A DNA stretch of 64,000 nt from an uncultured Gammaproteobacteria bacterium (GCA_963820915.1 CAWGBV010000008.1:126266-190265), one strand, 5' to 3'. Positions 22,670 to 32,364 are shown, counted from the stretch's first letter. The notes: generated by a model from the letters alone, not told the origin. Made by a program: numbers and translations.

Positions 22670-23521
22670 TCAGCCTGCCTGCGGGGCGGAGACGAATTCG
22701 TGCAGGACGCGCAGCGCAGTTGCCAAGACCGGTGATTCGCTTTCGAGCGGATATACAACGTAAGCAGGTAAGGTGAACCGCGGGCTTTTCGGAGCGACGA
22801 ACAGACGGTCTGACTCAAGATAAGGCTGTGCCATTCTTTCGGGCACGAAGCAGGCACCGCCGTTCGTCAGAATCAGCTGCAATCCAAGCCAGCCAATATT
22901 CGCAACCTGAGCCGGTATGTCCAAATCGGGGTAATTTGCGCTGTGTTGTGCATAGAAAACCGGGCCCCAGTCCACGTAAACGTAATCGTCTCCCGGCGAG
23001 GCCATTTCCGGGTCAGTGCTTAATAAAATCAGGCTTTCATCGAACAGATGTTCAACGTGGAGCCCGGGGTAGTGCTGCGGGGTATACATGAGCGCAAGAT
23101 CTATCGTTCCCTCAACGAGGCGGCGCATTAGGTCATCTTCAAAGCCGATTTCGCTGCGGATGGATACACCGGGCTCGGTCTTGCGCATATGTCCGATCCA
23201 CCGGGGCAACAATCCATCCCAGAGGGCAATCCGGGCCCCCACCGTAATGGTCCCTGTAAAACGGGTAGGCAATCCGACCTCGTGTCTAGCTTGCTCCAAC
23301 GTTAGCATCAGAGACTTCGCGTGGCGCAGAAATCGTCTTCCAGCGGGAGTCAGCGCAGCGCCGGCGCGATTGCGAACAAACAGCCTCGCACCGAGGAAAG
23401 CCTCAAGGCCCTGTATACGGGCACTGACCGTTGACTGGGTCACATGCAGCCGTCCGGCTGCCTCCAAGAAGCTGCCATGGGCAGCTATAACGAGAAAGGT
23501 CCGCACTTGATCGGTCTCCAT
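22670..23521 (-). CDS. LysR-family transcriptional regulator
   Basis: N-terminal HTH METDQVRTFLVIAAHGSFLEAAGRLHVTQSTVSARIQGLEAFLGARLFVR. 283 aa. Divergent from the CBS/DsrC-like pair. Confidence 0.9.
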   Translation of the reverse strand: METDQVRTFLVIAAHGSFLEAAGRLHVTQSTVSARIQGLEAFLGARLFVRNRAGAALTPAGRRFLRHAKSLMLTLEQARHEVGLPTRFTGTITVGARIALWDGLLPRWIGHMRKTEPGVSIRSEIGFEDDLMRRLVEGTIDLALMYTPQHYPGLHVEHLFDESLILLSTDPEMASPGDDYVYVDWGPVFYAQHSANYPDLDIPAQVANIGWLGLQLILTNGGACFVPERMAQPYLESDRLFVAPKSPRFTLPAYVVYPLESESPVLATALRVLHEFVSAPQAG

Positions 23522-23532
23522 GATGCCTTTAT

Positions 23533-23547
23533 ATCGTAATTATCGAT
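23533..23547. promoter_or_regulatory. Candidate LysR box (T-N11-A with dyad symmetry): ATCGTAATTATCGAT
   Basis: Located in the 101-nt AT-rich divergent intergenic region between lysR (start 23521) and the CBS gene (start 23623). Confidence 0.35.
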
Positions 23548-23622
23548 AATAACCATCAAATAAATTCGCTTGCCTTTAACTTAAGTACCGCGAAAAATTG
23601 ATTAGAGGAGCAGGAGGGGTGA

Positions 23623-24237
23623 ATGCCAGATGACAGACACAAGCGGCTGATCCGAGAGGATTTCGAGCACGCATTGCGTGAGATTGGTAGCTACATAGAT
23701 GTGACGGTGGAAGATCTGATGGACATCACCAGTCGGGCCGAAAAACATGCCGCGCTCCGGGCCAAGGAGGCGAAGAAAGTCAGTACCGTAATGACCAATC
23801 CCGTGCATACGGTTAGGCCCGATACGACATTGGCGCAGGCGTCCGCCAGGCTTTTGGCAAATAGAGTCAGCGGCCTTGCCGTCGTGGATGAGGCAAACCG
23901 CCTGGTTGGAATCATCACTGAAGCGGATTTTCTCCGCGCGGTCGGTGTGCGGGTACATCATCCCAGCCAAACTTTATGGCAGACGCTGGAATCCCTGTTC
24001 ACCCATGCTGAAACACTGCACGAACCAGATGGCACCGTCGCTGACCTGATGATCACAGATGTCGTTACTGCCCGTCCGGAAGAGACCCTGTTCGACGTGG
24101 TGGAGAAGATGAAGAAGCACCGCATAAAGCGAATCGTGGTGACCGACGACGCCCACCACCCGGTGGGAATGGTGACGCGCTCTGATCTCGTACGAGTGTT
24201 TTTTGAACGATTCAAAGGGGCGGCTCAGTCGTCCTGA
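23623..24237 (+). CDS. CBS-domain pair protein
   Basis: Two CBS repeats: VMTNPVHTVRPDTTLAQASARLLANRVSGLAVVDEANRLVGIITEADFL, and LMITDVVTARPEETLFDVVEKMKKHRIKRIVVTDDAHHPVGMVTRSDL. RBS AGGAGG upstream. Confidence 0.85.
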   Translation: MPDDRHKRLIREDFEHALREIGSYIDVTVEDLMDITSRAEKHAALRAKEAKKVSTVMTNPVHTVRPDTTLAQASARLLANRVSGLAVVDEANRLVGIITEADFLRAVGVRVHHPSQTLWQTLESLFTHAETLHEPDGTVADLMITDVVTARPEETLFDVVEKMKKHRIKRIVVTDDAHHPVGMVTRSDLVRVFFERFKGAAQSS

Positions 24238-24301
24238 GGTGCGGTGGGGCACAGAATCCACCCGGAATCTTCTTTTCAGTTGTCAGTGCAGGAGTGTTTG
24301 G

Positions 24302-24943
24302 ATGGTAGCCGTAAAAGTATTTATGAAACTATCGAACCAACCCCTGAAACGCGCGCCGGTCGTGTTGCGGATGGATACGGATGGCGCAGAGACGCCGCAA
24401 GTGCTGACTGACCGCGGAGGCGTCGCGCGTTTCGATGTACCTAGCGCAAGCGGCAAAGTATTCGTGTCGGGAATCGAACGGTATCACGGTCGCCTGGACG
24501 GCGAGATACCAGTTGCGTTGTGGTCGATTACTCAGTCCGGCGATGAGTCAGAGGGCACGCCGGGTGATTTCCCCCTGGGTAGCAACGCCTACCCGAGCAT
24601 GAGCACGCGCTCTCTCCAGGTGGACGGCACGGACGTCCTCACAGACAGCGAAGGTTACCTGGTGAATCCTGGCGACTGGTCGGAATCATTCGCCCGTGTG
24701 CAGGCCCAGTCCGAAGGGCTCGAACTCACTGCGGAACATTGGGAGGTCATCCGCTATCTGCGTGATTATTTCTCCCGGCAGGGTACCCAAGCGACTGTAC
24801 GCGACATGATTCGCTATTTTCGCACCGACTGGGGCCTGGAGAAGGGCAGCAATCGCTACCTGCACAGACTTTTTCCGCGCGGCGGCCCCCAGAAACAGGG
24901 TAATCGTCTCGCGGGTATCCTGCGGACGAAGGGTGAGCACTGA
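24302..24943 (+). CDS. DsrC/TusE-family domain lacking both conserved cysteines, fused to an N-terminal ~100-aa beta-rich domain
   Basis: The C-terminal ~110 aa (DSEGYLVNPGDWSESFARVQAQSEGLELTAEHWEVIRYLRDYFSRQG...NRYLHRLFPRGGPQKQGNRLAGILRTKGEH*) aligns with DsrC/TusE, but the tail is ...QGNRLAG...GEH instead of ...C(x10)CV. The start is placed at the ATG at 24302 (AGGAG 9 nt upstream) rather than ORF start 24203. Confidence 0.7.
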   Translation: MVAVKVFMKLSNQPLKRAPVVLRMDTDGAETPQVLTDRGGVARFDVPSASGKVFVSGIERYHGRLDGEIPVALWSITQSGDESEGTPGDFPLGSNAYPSMSTRSLQVDGTDVLTDSEGYLVNPGDWSESFARVQAQSEGLELTAEHWEVIRYLRDYFSRQGTQATVRDMIRYFRTDWGLEKGSNRYLHRLFPRGGPQKQGNRLAGILRTKGEH

Positions 24944-25198
24944 CTGTGCCGTATTGATCACATGGAAAAGGTGGGCTTGACTGACCGAAATACCGAACCC
25001 GGTAGATCGATCCACTCGCTTATGTTGCTGCGACTGATGCGCGCGTCTTGCTCTGATTCGTTTGGGCTGATGTTGAGCGTCGCGGGGGGGGGGTGCCAGA
25101 AAGCGGCAACAACGTAGCAACAGCCTGACCAGATCGCCTGGAAAGCCAGTGTTTATGCGGGATTTGAAAGCTTAGCAGGAAGGGTTTGGCGCTGAGGT

Positions 25199-25642
25199 TC
25201 AGGCGCTCAGTTTGCTTTTGACCAGGCCACTGACCTTGCCCATGTCGGCGCGTCCCTGGGCCTGGGGTTTGACAATGCCCATGACCTTGCCCATGTCGCG
25301 GATCGAGGTTGCCCCGCTGGTCTGGATGGCCTGCTCGACCAATTGGCCGATTTCGTCGTCGGACAGTGCCGCCGGCAGGAATTCCTGGATGACGCCGATT
25401 TCGAAGGTTTCCTGATCGGCGAGTTCGGTGCGTCCGGCCCCTTCGTACTGGCTGACCGAGTCCCTGCGTTGCTTCACCATTTTGTCGAGAACAGCCAGTA
25501 TCTGGTCGTCGGACAACTCAACGCGATCATCCACCTCGCGCTGCTTGATGGCCGCCAGTACCAGCCTGATCACTCCCAGGCGAGGCTTGTCGCCGCCCTT
25601 CATGGCGGCTTTCATCTCGTCTTGAAAACGCTGTTTGAGCAT
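25199..25642 (-). CDS. yqeY: GatB/YqeY-domain protein
   Basis: MLKQRFQDEMKAAMKGGDKPRLGVIRLVLAAIKQREVD...ILAVLDKMVKQRRDS..QY..AGR.ELA..E..EI.VIQEFLP. The position immediately downstream of rpsU is conserved. Confidence 0.85.
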   Translation of the reverse strand: MLKQRFQDEMKAAMKGGDKPRLGVIRLVLAAIKQREVDDRVELSDDQILAVLDKMVKQRRDSVSQYEGAGRTELADQETFEIGVIQEFLPAALSDDEIGQLVEQAIQTSGATSIRDMGKVMGIVKPQAQGRADMGKVSGLVKSKLSA

Positions 25643-25662
25643 GACCCGGTACGGGCGCGTGA

Positions 25663-25878
25663 TCAGTAGAGGCGTTCGAAGCGGCGGGTTTCGCGGCCGA
25701 CCTTTTTCTGCCAGCGTTTTACTGCGGAAGCGGCCTTGCGCTTGCGGGCCCAAGTGGGCTTTTCATAGAACTCGCGACGGCGTACTTCGGCGAGGATACC
25801 GGCTTTTTCACAGGACCTCTTGAAGCGACGCAAGGCAACTTCGAAAGGCTCGTTTTCTTTGACGCGCACGTTGGGCAT
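25663..25878 (-). CDS. rpsU: 30S ribosomal protein S21
   Basis: [55 protein letters not shown]..., 71 aa. Confidence 0.97.
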   Translation of the reverse strand: MPNVRVKENEPFEVALRRFKRSCEKAGILAEVRRREFYEKPTWARKRKAASAVKRWQKKVGRETRRFERLY

Positions 25879-25930
25879 GTAGGACCTCTAAAACAGGACA
25901 ACTGGCTTGGGCTCAGCAACAAAGGCGAGA

Positions 25931-25959
25931 ATTGTATAAGATGCGCGTCGGATTGACAA
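25931..25959 (-). promoter_or_regulatory. Candidate sigma-70 promoter of rpsU (TTGTCA-17 nt-TACAAT)
   Basis: The minus strand reads TTGTCAatccgacgcgcatcttaTACAAT about 50 nt upstream of the rpsU ATG, in the tsaD/rpsU divergent region. Confidence 0.45.
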
Positions 25960-25990
25960 ACTCCATTTACGGCCCCATGCGAACCTTCCT

Positions 25991-27010
25991 GTGAACGTTT
26001 TAGGCATCGAAACCTCCTGTGACGAGACCGGCGTCGCTGTCTGCGGCGGAGACGCCGGAGAACTCCTTGCCCACCAGGTCTACAGTCAGGTGGCTCTTCA
26101 CGCCGAATTTGGTGGTGTGGTGCCCGAACTGGCCTCGCGTGACCACGTGAGAAAGCTCATTCCCCTGATCGATCGCGTACTGCGTGATGCCGGTCTGAAG
26201 CGGGCGGAAATCGATGGCGTAGCCTATACCGCCGGTCCGGGACTGGTGGGCGCGCTGCTGGTGGGCGCGTCGGTGGGGCGCAGTCTGGCCTGGGCCTGGG
26301 ACTCACCTGCCATCGGTGTGCATCATATGGAGGGCCATCTGCTGGCACCGTTGCTGGAGCCGGAGCCGCCGGCATTTCCCTTTGTCGCCCTGTTGGTATC
26401 GGGCGGTCATACACAATTGGTCGAGGTTCGCGGCGTTGGCGCCTACCGCCTGCTTGGCGACAGCCTCGACGATGCCGCCGGGGAGGCCTTCGACAAAACG
26501 GCCAAGCTGCTGGGGCTGTCCTATCCGGGCGGGCCCGAACTGGCCCGTCTGGCCGAGCGTGGCGATCCCGGTCGCTATCGGTTTCCTCGCCCGATGATGG
26601 ACCGTCCCGGACTGGCCTTCAGCTTCAGCGGACTCAAGACCTTCGCGCTCAATACCCTCAAAAATGAGCCCGACGACGAACAGACCCGCGCCGACATCGC
26701 CCGTGCCTTTGAAGAGGCGGTGGTGGACACTTTGGTGAAGAAATGCCTCCGCGCGGTGGATCAGACGGGGATCGATACGCTGGTTCTGGCCGGAGGGGTC
26801 AGTGCCAACCGTCGCCTGCGCGAGCGGGTCGACCTGGCCATGGCCGAGCGTGGTGGGCATTCCTATTATCCGCGTCCGGTGTTTTGCACTGACAACGGGG
26901 CCATGATTGCCTTCGCCGGCTGGCTGCGCCTGTCGGCTGGCCAGGCGGATGCCGAGGGATTCCAGGTGCGGCCGCGTTGGTCCATGGAGACTTTGCCTTC
27001 GGTCGCCTAG
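25991..27010 (+). CDS. tsaD: tRNA N6-adenosine threonylcarbamoyltransferase TsaD
   Basis: [15 protein letters not shown]...[12 protein letters not shown]...[10 protein letters not shown]...GGVSAN..LR. GTG start. Divergent from rpsU as in many Proteobacteria. Confidence 0.95.
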   Translation: MNVLGIETSCDETGVAVCGGDAGELLAHQVYSQVALHAEFGGVVPELASRDHVRKLIPLIDRVLRDAGLKRAEIDGVAYTAGPGLVGALLVGASVGRSLAWAWDSPAIGVHHMEGHLLAPLLEPEPPAFPFVALLVSGGHTQLVEVRGVGAYRLLGDSLDDAAGEAFDKTAKLLGLSYPGGPELARLAERGDPGRYRFPRPMMDRPGLAFSFSGLKTFALNTLKNEPDDEQTRADIARAFEEAVVDTLVKKCLRAVDQTGIDTLVLAGGVSANRRLRERVDLAMAERGGHSYYPRPVFCTDNGAMIAFAGWLRLSAGQADAEGFQVRPRWSMETLPSVA

Positions 27011-27609
27011 TCTGGATCGTTTCCCTTTCTGATCTGGCCCTCTGATCCGTCCAGCAGGTTCCTGATGTTGGCGCGGTGGCGCCAGAAAAGGAGAAGGCTG
27101 AGGGCGATCTGCATGATGATCAATGCCGGTTCGGGCATGAAAAACCAGACCACAATCGGCGCCAGTGCCATCGAAACCAGCGCCGAAAGCGAAGAGATGT
27201 TGACCACCTTTGCCATGAACAGCCAGGTCAGCGCGATAACCCCCCCGATCTGCCATCCGAGCCCGAACTGGATGCCCAGGGCGGTCGCCACGCCTTTGCC
27301 GCCCTTGAATCCGAAAAACACGGGATACAGGTGCCCCAGAAATGCGGCCATGGCCACCGCTGCGAGGGTCAGTGGCGGCACATCGAGCAGGTTCGCGACC
27401 AATACAGGAATGAACCCCTTGAGACTGTCGCCGAAGAGCGCGATAGCCGCCGCCTTTTTGCCCCCGATCCGCAGCACATTGGTGGCCCCCGGATTGTTCG
27501 AGCCCTCGGTACGGGGGTCGGGCAGGCCCATCACCCTGCAGACGATGATGGCGCTTGAGATCGAGCCTATGAGGTAAGCGCCGAGGACGAGTAAGAAATC
27601 GGTAACCAT
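27007..27609 (-). CDS. plsY: Glycerol-3-phosphate acyltransferase PlsY
   Basis: [25 protein letters not shown]...[17 protein letters not shown]...FKGGKGVAT. Start moved to the internal Met at 27609. Confidence 0.9.
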   Translation of the reverse strand: MVTDFLLVLGAYLIGSISSAIIVCRVMGLPDPRTEGSNNPGATNVLRIGGKKAAAIALFGDSLKGFIPVLVANLLDVPPLTLAAVAMAAFLGHLYPVFFGFKGGKGVATALGIQFGLGWQIGGVIALTWLFMAKVVNISSLSALVSMALAPIVVWFFMPEPALIIMQIALSLLLFWRHRANIRNLLDGSEGQIRKGNDPD

Positions 27610-27803
27610 GGACGGGCCGGACAAGACGACAAGGTGGCCGGCATTGTGTTTTCAGACGGCGGATGGGTCAAGCGCACGGAGACCTGATAGCCTCATATCC
27701 CCGCAATTCGCGTGGGGCCACGACACCCCGAAAACGGAACTCCGCGGAAATATGTCTGTCTTTTCGCCTAGTTCCAGAAAGAAAAACACCACCCGGAGAA
27801 GCT

Positions 27804-29171
27804 ATGAGGATAATTTCGGTACTGCTCGGTCTGACAATGGTGACTGCGGTCTCTGCTGCAGATCCGGTCAGCGAGTTCACACTCAATAACGGAATGAAAG
27901 TTCTGGTAAAGGTCGACCGTCGGGCGCCGATTGCCGTGTCGCAGGTTTGGTACAAAGTCGGGTCCAGTTACGAGCCCCAGGGCGTGACCGGTGTCTCGCA
28001 CGTGCTCGAACACATGATGTTCAAGGGCACGGAGGAACTCGGTCCCAACGAATTTTCCCGCATCATCTCCAAAAACGGCGGTGAAGATAATGCCTTCACC
28101 GGGCGTGATTACACCACCTATTTCCAGACCCTTGCCGCCGACAGGCTCGATGTGGCGTTTCGGCTGGAGGCCGATCGCATGCAGAACCTGACGCTGGACG
28201 CCGGGGAGTTCGCCAAGGAGCTGGACGTGGTCAAGGAAGAACGCCGGTTGCGTACCGAAGACAAGCCGACCTCTTTGACCTACGAGAAATTTAACGCGGT
28301 GGCCTATCGGTCTTTGCCCTATCGACAGCCGGTCATCGGCTGGATGGCTGATCTTGATCAGATGACCGTGGATGATCTCGCGGATTGGTATGCCCGCTGG
28401 TACAGCCCCTCCAACGCCACCCTGGTAGTGGTGGGCGATGTGGACCCCGAAGAAATTCATCGCATGGCGCAGGACACCTTCGGCAAGGTGGCTGCGCGCA
28501 AGGTGCTTCCGGTTAAAGACGGCCAGGAGCCCGAACAGCGGGGTCTGACCCGGCTCACCGTCAAGGTACCTGCCCAACAGCCCTACCTGCTGATGGGTTA
28601 CAAGGTGCCCACCGTCGCTACGGCTGAAGAATCCTGGGAGCCCTATGCGCTGGATGTTCTGGCGGAGGTACTCGATGGCGGGAGCAGCTCGCGTCTCGAT
28701 CGCGAACTTGAGCGGGGAAGCCAGATCGCAGCCAGCGCCGATGCCAGCTACAGTGCCTTCACGCGCTTATCCGGCATGTTGACCCTCGACGGTATCCCCA
28801 GCGAGGGACACAGCGTCTCGGAACTCGAAACCGCGCTTCTGGCGCAAATAACGCGTCTACGCGAGCAACCGATCAGTAAAGAGGAACTGGAACGGGTGGT
28901 CCGTCAAACGGTGGCCTCCAAGGTCTTCGAGAAGGACTCCGTCTTCTCCCAGGCCATGCAGCTGGGTGTACTGGTAACCGTCGGGCTTGACTGGCGACTC
29001 GCCGACACCTATGTGGATAACCTCAAAGCCGTAACCGCCGAGCAAGTCCAGGCGGTTGCACGTAAATACCTGATTGAGGATAACCTGACCGTGGCCGAGC
29101 TCGATCCGCAGCCCATGGGCCAGGCGGTCGCAAGCCGCGCCACCCCCGGAGGCAGCCATGGCCGTCATTAA
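27804..29171 (+). CDS. M16 (pitrilysin) family zinc peptidase, catalytic-type subunit, secreted
   Basis: Signal peptide MRIISVLLGLTMVTAVSAADP after RBS GGAGA. The inverted zinc motif HxxEH is present (GVSHVLEHMMFKGT). Confidence 0.85.
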   Translation: MRIISVLLGLTMVTAVSAADPVSEFTLNNGMKVLVKVDRRAPIAVSQVWYKVGSSYEPQGVTGVSHVLEHMMFKGTEELGPNEFSRIISKNGGEDNAFTGRDYTTYFQTLAADRLDVAFRLEADRMQNLTLDAGEFAKELDVVKEERRLRTEDKPTSLTYEKFNAVAYRSLPYRQPVIGWMADLDQMTVDDLADWYARWYSPSNATLVVVGDVDPEEIHRMAQDTFGKVAARKVLPVKDGQEPEQRGLTRLTVKVPAQQPYLLMGYKVPTVATAEESWEPYALDVLAEVLDGGSSSRLDRELERGSQIAASADASYSAFTRLSGMLTLDGIPSEGHSVSELETALLAQITRLREQPISKEELERVVRQTVASKVFEKDSVFSQAMQLGVLVTVGLDWRLADTYVDNLKAVTAEQVQAVARKYLIEDNLTVAELDPQPMGQAVASRATPGGSHGRH

Positions 29172-30459
29172 GCGCTGGATGGTCCTTGGGTTGCTGTTGT
29201 GGGTCCCGGTTTCACTTTGGGCGGGGCCGACAATCGAGTCCTGGAACACAGCAGGCGGCGCCAAGGTGATGTTCGTTCAGGCGCCGGAGCTGCCGATGGT
29301 GGACGTACGGGTGGTTTTCGATGCGGGCAGCGCCCGCGACGGAAACAAGCCCGGTATCGCGAACCTTACCAATTCCTTGCTGACCGAAGGGGCAGGTCCC
29401 TGGAATGCTGACCAGCTCGCAGAGCGGCTTGATGACGTGGGTGCCCAACTGGGCAGCAGCGCGGTTCGGGATATGGGGTATGTGTCTGTCCGCACGCTCA
29501 CCGAGAGCGAGGCGATGTCAGTCTCGCTTGATGCGCTGGAAAAGATACTGGCGGAACCTCGATTCGATCCGACCGATTTCGAACGCCAGCGTCAGCAGAT
29601 GCTGATTTCTCTGAGTAAGCAGAAGGAGAATCCGGGCACTTTGGCATCGCGACAATTCTACAGGGGGATTTACGGCGACCATCCGTACGGCCATGACCCG
29701 ATGGGGGAGGAGGACAGTGTGAAGGCGTTGACCCGTGATGATGTCATTGCCTTCCATAAGCAATATTACGTCGCTGCCAACGCAGTGGTGGCCATTGTCG
29801 GCGACCTCGACCGGGAGCAGGCAGAGCGGGTGGCCGCAGCGGTGGTCGGTGGCCTTCCCGGGGGTGAACATGCGCCACCATTGCCGTCGGTTGCCGCCCC
29901 TGAGCCAAAGACAGAAAAGGTGTCTTTTGACGCCAGTCAGACCCACTTGCGTATTGGTGCCAAGGGCATGGCGCGCCTCGATCCGGAGTACTTTCCACTC
30001 TATGTCGGCAATCACATCCTCGGCGGAAACGGCTTGGTGTCGCAGCTTTCCAATCAGGTACGTGAGAAACGCGGCCTCTCCTACAGCGTCTACAGTTACT
30101 TCCTGCCCATGCGCATGCCGGGTCCTTTTCTGATGGGCGCTCAAACGCGAAACGATCGCGCCGACCTGGCACTCGAAGTCATCCAGCAGACCCTCGCGGA
30201 TTTCATGGCTGACGGTCCCACGGACGAAGAACTCGATGAGGCGAAACGCAATATCACCGGCGGATTTCCGTTGCGGGTCGCTTCCAACCAAAAAATCGTC
30301 GAGTACATTGCCATGATGGGGTTCTACGACTATCCCCTCGATTACCTGGATACCTTCGTTAATCAGGTCAACGCCGTTTCCAAGACCGACATCCTGCGCG
30401 CATTCCGCAGTCGCATTGATCCCGAGAATCTGTTGGTGATTGCCGTCGGCGGTTCCTGA
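29158..30459 (+). CDS. M16-family peptidase-like protein, apparently non-catalytic partner (no HxxEH)
   Basis: Same fold pattern with a signal peptide (LLLWVPVSLWAGP). The motif position reads NLTNSLLTEGAG. It overlaps the upstream gene by 14 nt. Confidence 0.8.
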   Translation: MAVIKRWMVLGLLLWVPVSLWAGPTIESWNTAGGAKVMFVQAPELPMVDVRVVFDAGSARDGNKPGIANLTNSLLTEGAGPWNADQLAERLDDVGAQLGSSAVRDMGYVSVRTLTESEAMSVSLDALEKILAEPRFDPTDFERQRQQMLISLSKQKENPGTLASRQFYRGIYGDHPYGHDPMGEEDSVKALTRDDVIAFHKQYYVAANAVVAIVGDLDREQAERVAAAVVGGLPGGEHAPPLPSVAAPEPKTEKVSFDASQTHLRIGAKGMARLDPEYFPLYVGNHILGGNGLVSQLSNQVREKRGLSYSVYSYFLPMRMPGPFLMGAQTRNDRADLALEVIQQTLADFMADGPTDEELDEAKRNITGGFPLRVASNQKIVEYIAMMGFYDYPLDYLDTFVNQVNAVSKTDILRAFRSRIDPENLLVIAVGGS

Positions 30460-30479
30460 TTTCAGCTTCGGGCGGGCGG

Positions 30480-31076
30480 ATGAGAGTGCGGAAGGGCAGC
30501 CGCAATCGGGTCAGAATCATAGGCGGGGAATGCCGCGGGCGGGTGATCGATTTTGTCGATCACCCCGGGTTGCGACCCACCGGCGACAGGGTGCGTGAGA
30601 CTCTTTTCAACTGGCTTCAGGCCGATATCCAGGGTGCGCGCTGCCTTGACCTCTTCAGCGGTTCCGGAGTGCTCGGATTCGAGGCCGTTTCCCGGGGTGC
30701 GCGTCAGGCGTTGATGCTGGAGAAATCGGCCCGCGTCGCTGAACGCTTGGGCGAAAATGCCCGACTGCTTGGCATTCAGGAGCGTGTGAAGGTGGTCTGC
30801 ACCGACGCCATCGAATGGCTGGAAAAGGCGCCGGTGGAAGCCTTTGATTTGGTTTTTGTCGACCCGCCCTTCGCCCGGCAGGTTGTTGATGGCGTGCTCC
30901 ATTCGCTGGCGGATCGGGGCTGGGTGACCAGCGGGTCGAAAATCTACGTCGAACAGGATCTGCATCAGACGGAAGTGAGCATTCCATCGGGCTGGTCAAC
31001 GCTTCGCGATAAGACGGCCGGCCAGGTCCGTTATCGGCTTTTATGCTGGAGTGCCGGCGAAGGTGCCCTCAAGTAA
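30480..31076 (+). CDS. rsmD: 16S rRNA (guanine966-N2)-methyltransferase RsmD
   Basis: RIIGGECRGRVIDFVDHPGLRPTGDRVRETLFNWL...CLDLFSGSGVLGFEAVSRGA...VFVDPPF. Confidence 0.85.
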   Translation: MRVRKGSRNRVRIIGGECRGRVIDFVDHPGLRPTGDRVRETLFNWLQADIQGARCLDLFSGSGVLGFEAVSRGARQALMLEKSARVAERLGENARLLGIQERVKVVCTDAIEWLEKAPVEAFDLVFVDPPFARQVVDGVLHSLADRGWVTSGSKIYVEQDLHQTEVSIPSGWSTLRDKTAGQVRYRLLCWSAGEGALK

Positions 31077-32307
31077 CGGCCTCGTCCGACTCCTGAGAAG
31101 GCTCGATCAATTCCAACCAATGGATAACCGGCACCGGGCTGTCACCTCTCAGGTGTTCGAGGCAGCCGATATTAGCGGTCGCGATGATTTCCGGTTCGCC
31201 ACCGGTCAATGCCTTGAGCTTGGTCTGGCGGAGCCTCCCGGCGATGCCTGGTTGCAGCATGGAGTAGCTGCCCGCCGATCCGCAGCACAGATGGCTGTCG
31301 GCGACGGGCACCAGACTGAAGCCCAGGCGAGTCAGCAGCCGATCCACCTCTCCGTTAAGCTTGAGGGCGTGTTGCAGCGTACAAGGGGTGTGAAACGCCA
31401 CCCGTTTCCCCCCGGCATTCGGGTTTTCCAATGGTGCGAGATCTTCTTTCGCCAATACCTCAACCGGATCGCGACAAAGCTCAACGACACGGGCGGCCTT
31501 CCCGGCATAATCCGTGTCGGTGGCGAGCAGGTGTCCGTATTCCCTCAGGGTTGCGCCGCAACCGGTGGCCGTCGATATGATCGCTTCGGCGCCGGATTCG
31601 ATTTCCGGCCACCATAAATCGATGTTTCGGCGCGCGAATTCACGCGCCTTGTCCAGTTCAGAAAGATGTTGCGGCAGGGCGCCGCAACATTGGGTGTCGG
31701 GAGATATCAGGGAAATACCGAGACGATCCAGGATCTGCGCCAGGGAATAGTCGATGCGTGGCGCGAGAACCGACTGTGCGCATCCCTTGAGGACAATCAT
31801 TCGCCGCGGGTGGACAGCCGGGGGCAGGGGAGGGGCGCTTTCGGCGGACACCGGCACCATGCGTTTGAGCGCCTGTGGCAGCAGCGGACGCGCCCAGCGG
31901 CCCGCCCCGAGAGCGGCGGAGAAACGTTTGCGGTAGGGCACGAATTCCACCAACAGCTTGCGTATGGCGGCCGGTAAGCTGCGCCGTCCGACCTGCCGGT
32001 CCACCACCTCGCGCCCGATTTCCAGCAGCCGACTGTAGTGCACACCCGAAGGGCAGGTCGTTTCGCAGGAGCGGCAGGTCAGGCAGCGGTCCAGGTGTTG
32101 CTGGGTTCTGCGTGAAGCCGGAGCACCCTCCAGCACCTGCTTGATCTGGTAGATGCGGCCGCGTGGCCCGTCCAGTTCGTCGCCCAGCAACTGATAGGTC
32201 GGGCAGGTGGCCGTGCAAAAACCACAATGAACACAGGCGCGGAGGATACGGTCGGCCTCAGCGCCCTCAGGCGTATCACGGATGAAATCGGCAAGAGCTG
32301 TTTGCAT
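31069..32307 (-). CDS. glcF: Glycolate oxidase iron-sulfur subunit GlcF-like (Fe-S, CCG-domain protein)
   Basis: Two ferredoxin-type clusters (CVHCGFCTATCPTY, CLTCRSCETTCPSGV) followed by Cys-rich CCG-type repeats (CCG..., CCGSAG). No glcD/glcE next to it. Confidence 0.75.
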   Translation of the reverse strand: MQTALADFIRDTPEGAEADRILRACVHCGFCTATCPTYQLLGDELDGPRGRIYQIKQVLEGAPASRRTQQHLDRCLTCRSCETTCPSGVHYSRLLEIGREVVDRQVGRRSLPAAIRKLLVEFVPYRKRFSAALGAGRWARPLLPQALKRMVPVSAESAPPLPPAVHPRRMIVLKGCAQSVLAPRIDYSLAQILDRLGISLISPDTQCCGALPQHLSELDKAREFARRNIDLWWPEIESGAEAIISTATGCGATLREYGHLLATDTDYAGKAARVVELCRDPVEVLAKEDLAPLENPNAGGKRVAFHTPCTLQHALKLNGEVDRLLTRLGFSLVPVADSHLCCGSAGSYSMLQPGIAGRLRQTKLKALTGGEPEIIATANIGCLEHLRGDSPVPVIHWLELIEPSQESDEAVT

Positions 32308-32364
32308 AATGGTCCCGTCTGGAAATTCATGCCCCACTAAGCGCTGAGGTTATACCCCGCCACG

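Noticed and set aside
25084-25093. G10 homopolymer in the yqeY-proximal edge of the island
   Set aside because: It could be a phase-variable tract, but no ORF or promoter element flanks it. It may equally be an assembly artefact.
26303-27256. 317-aa minus-strand ORF spanning tsaD and plsY
   Set aside because: It is antisense to tsaD and out of frame with plsY. It is a shadow ORF.
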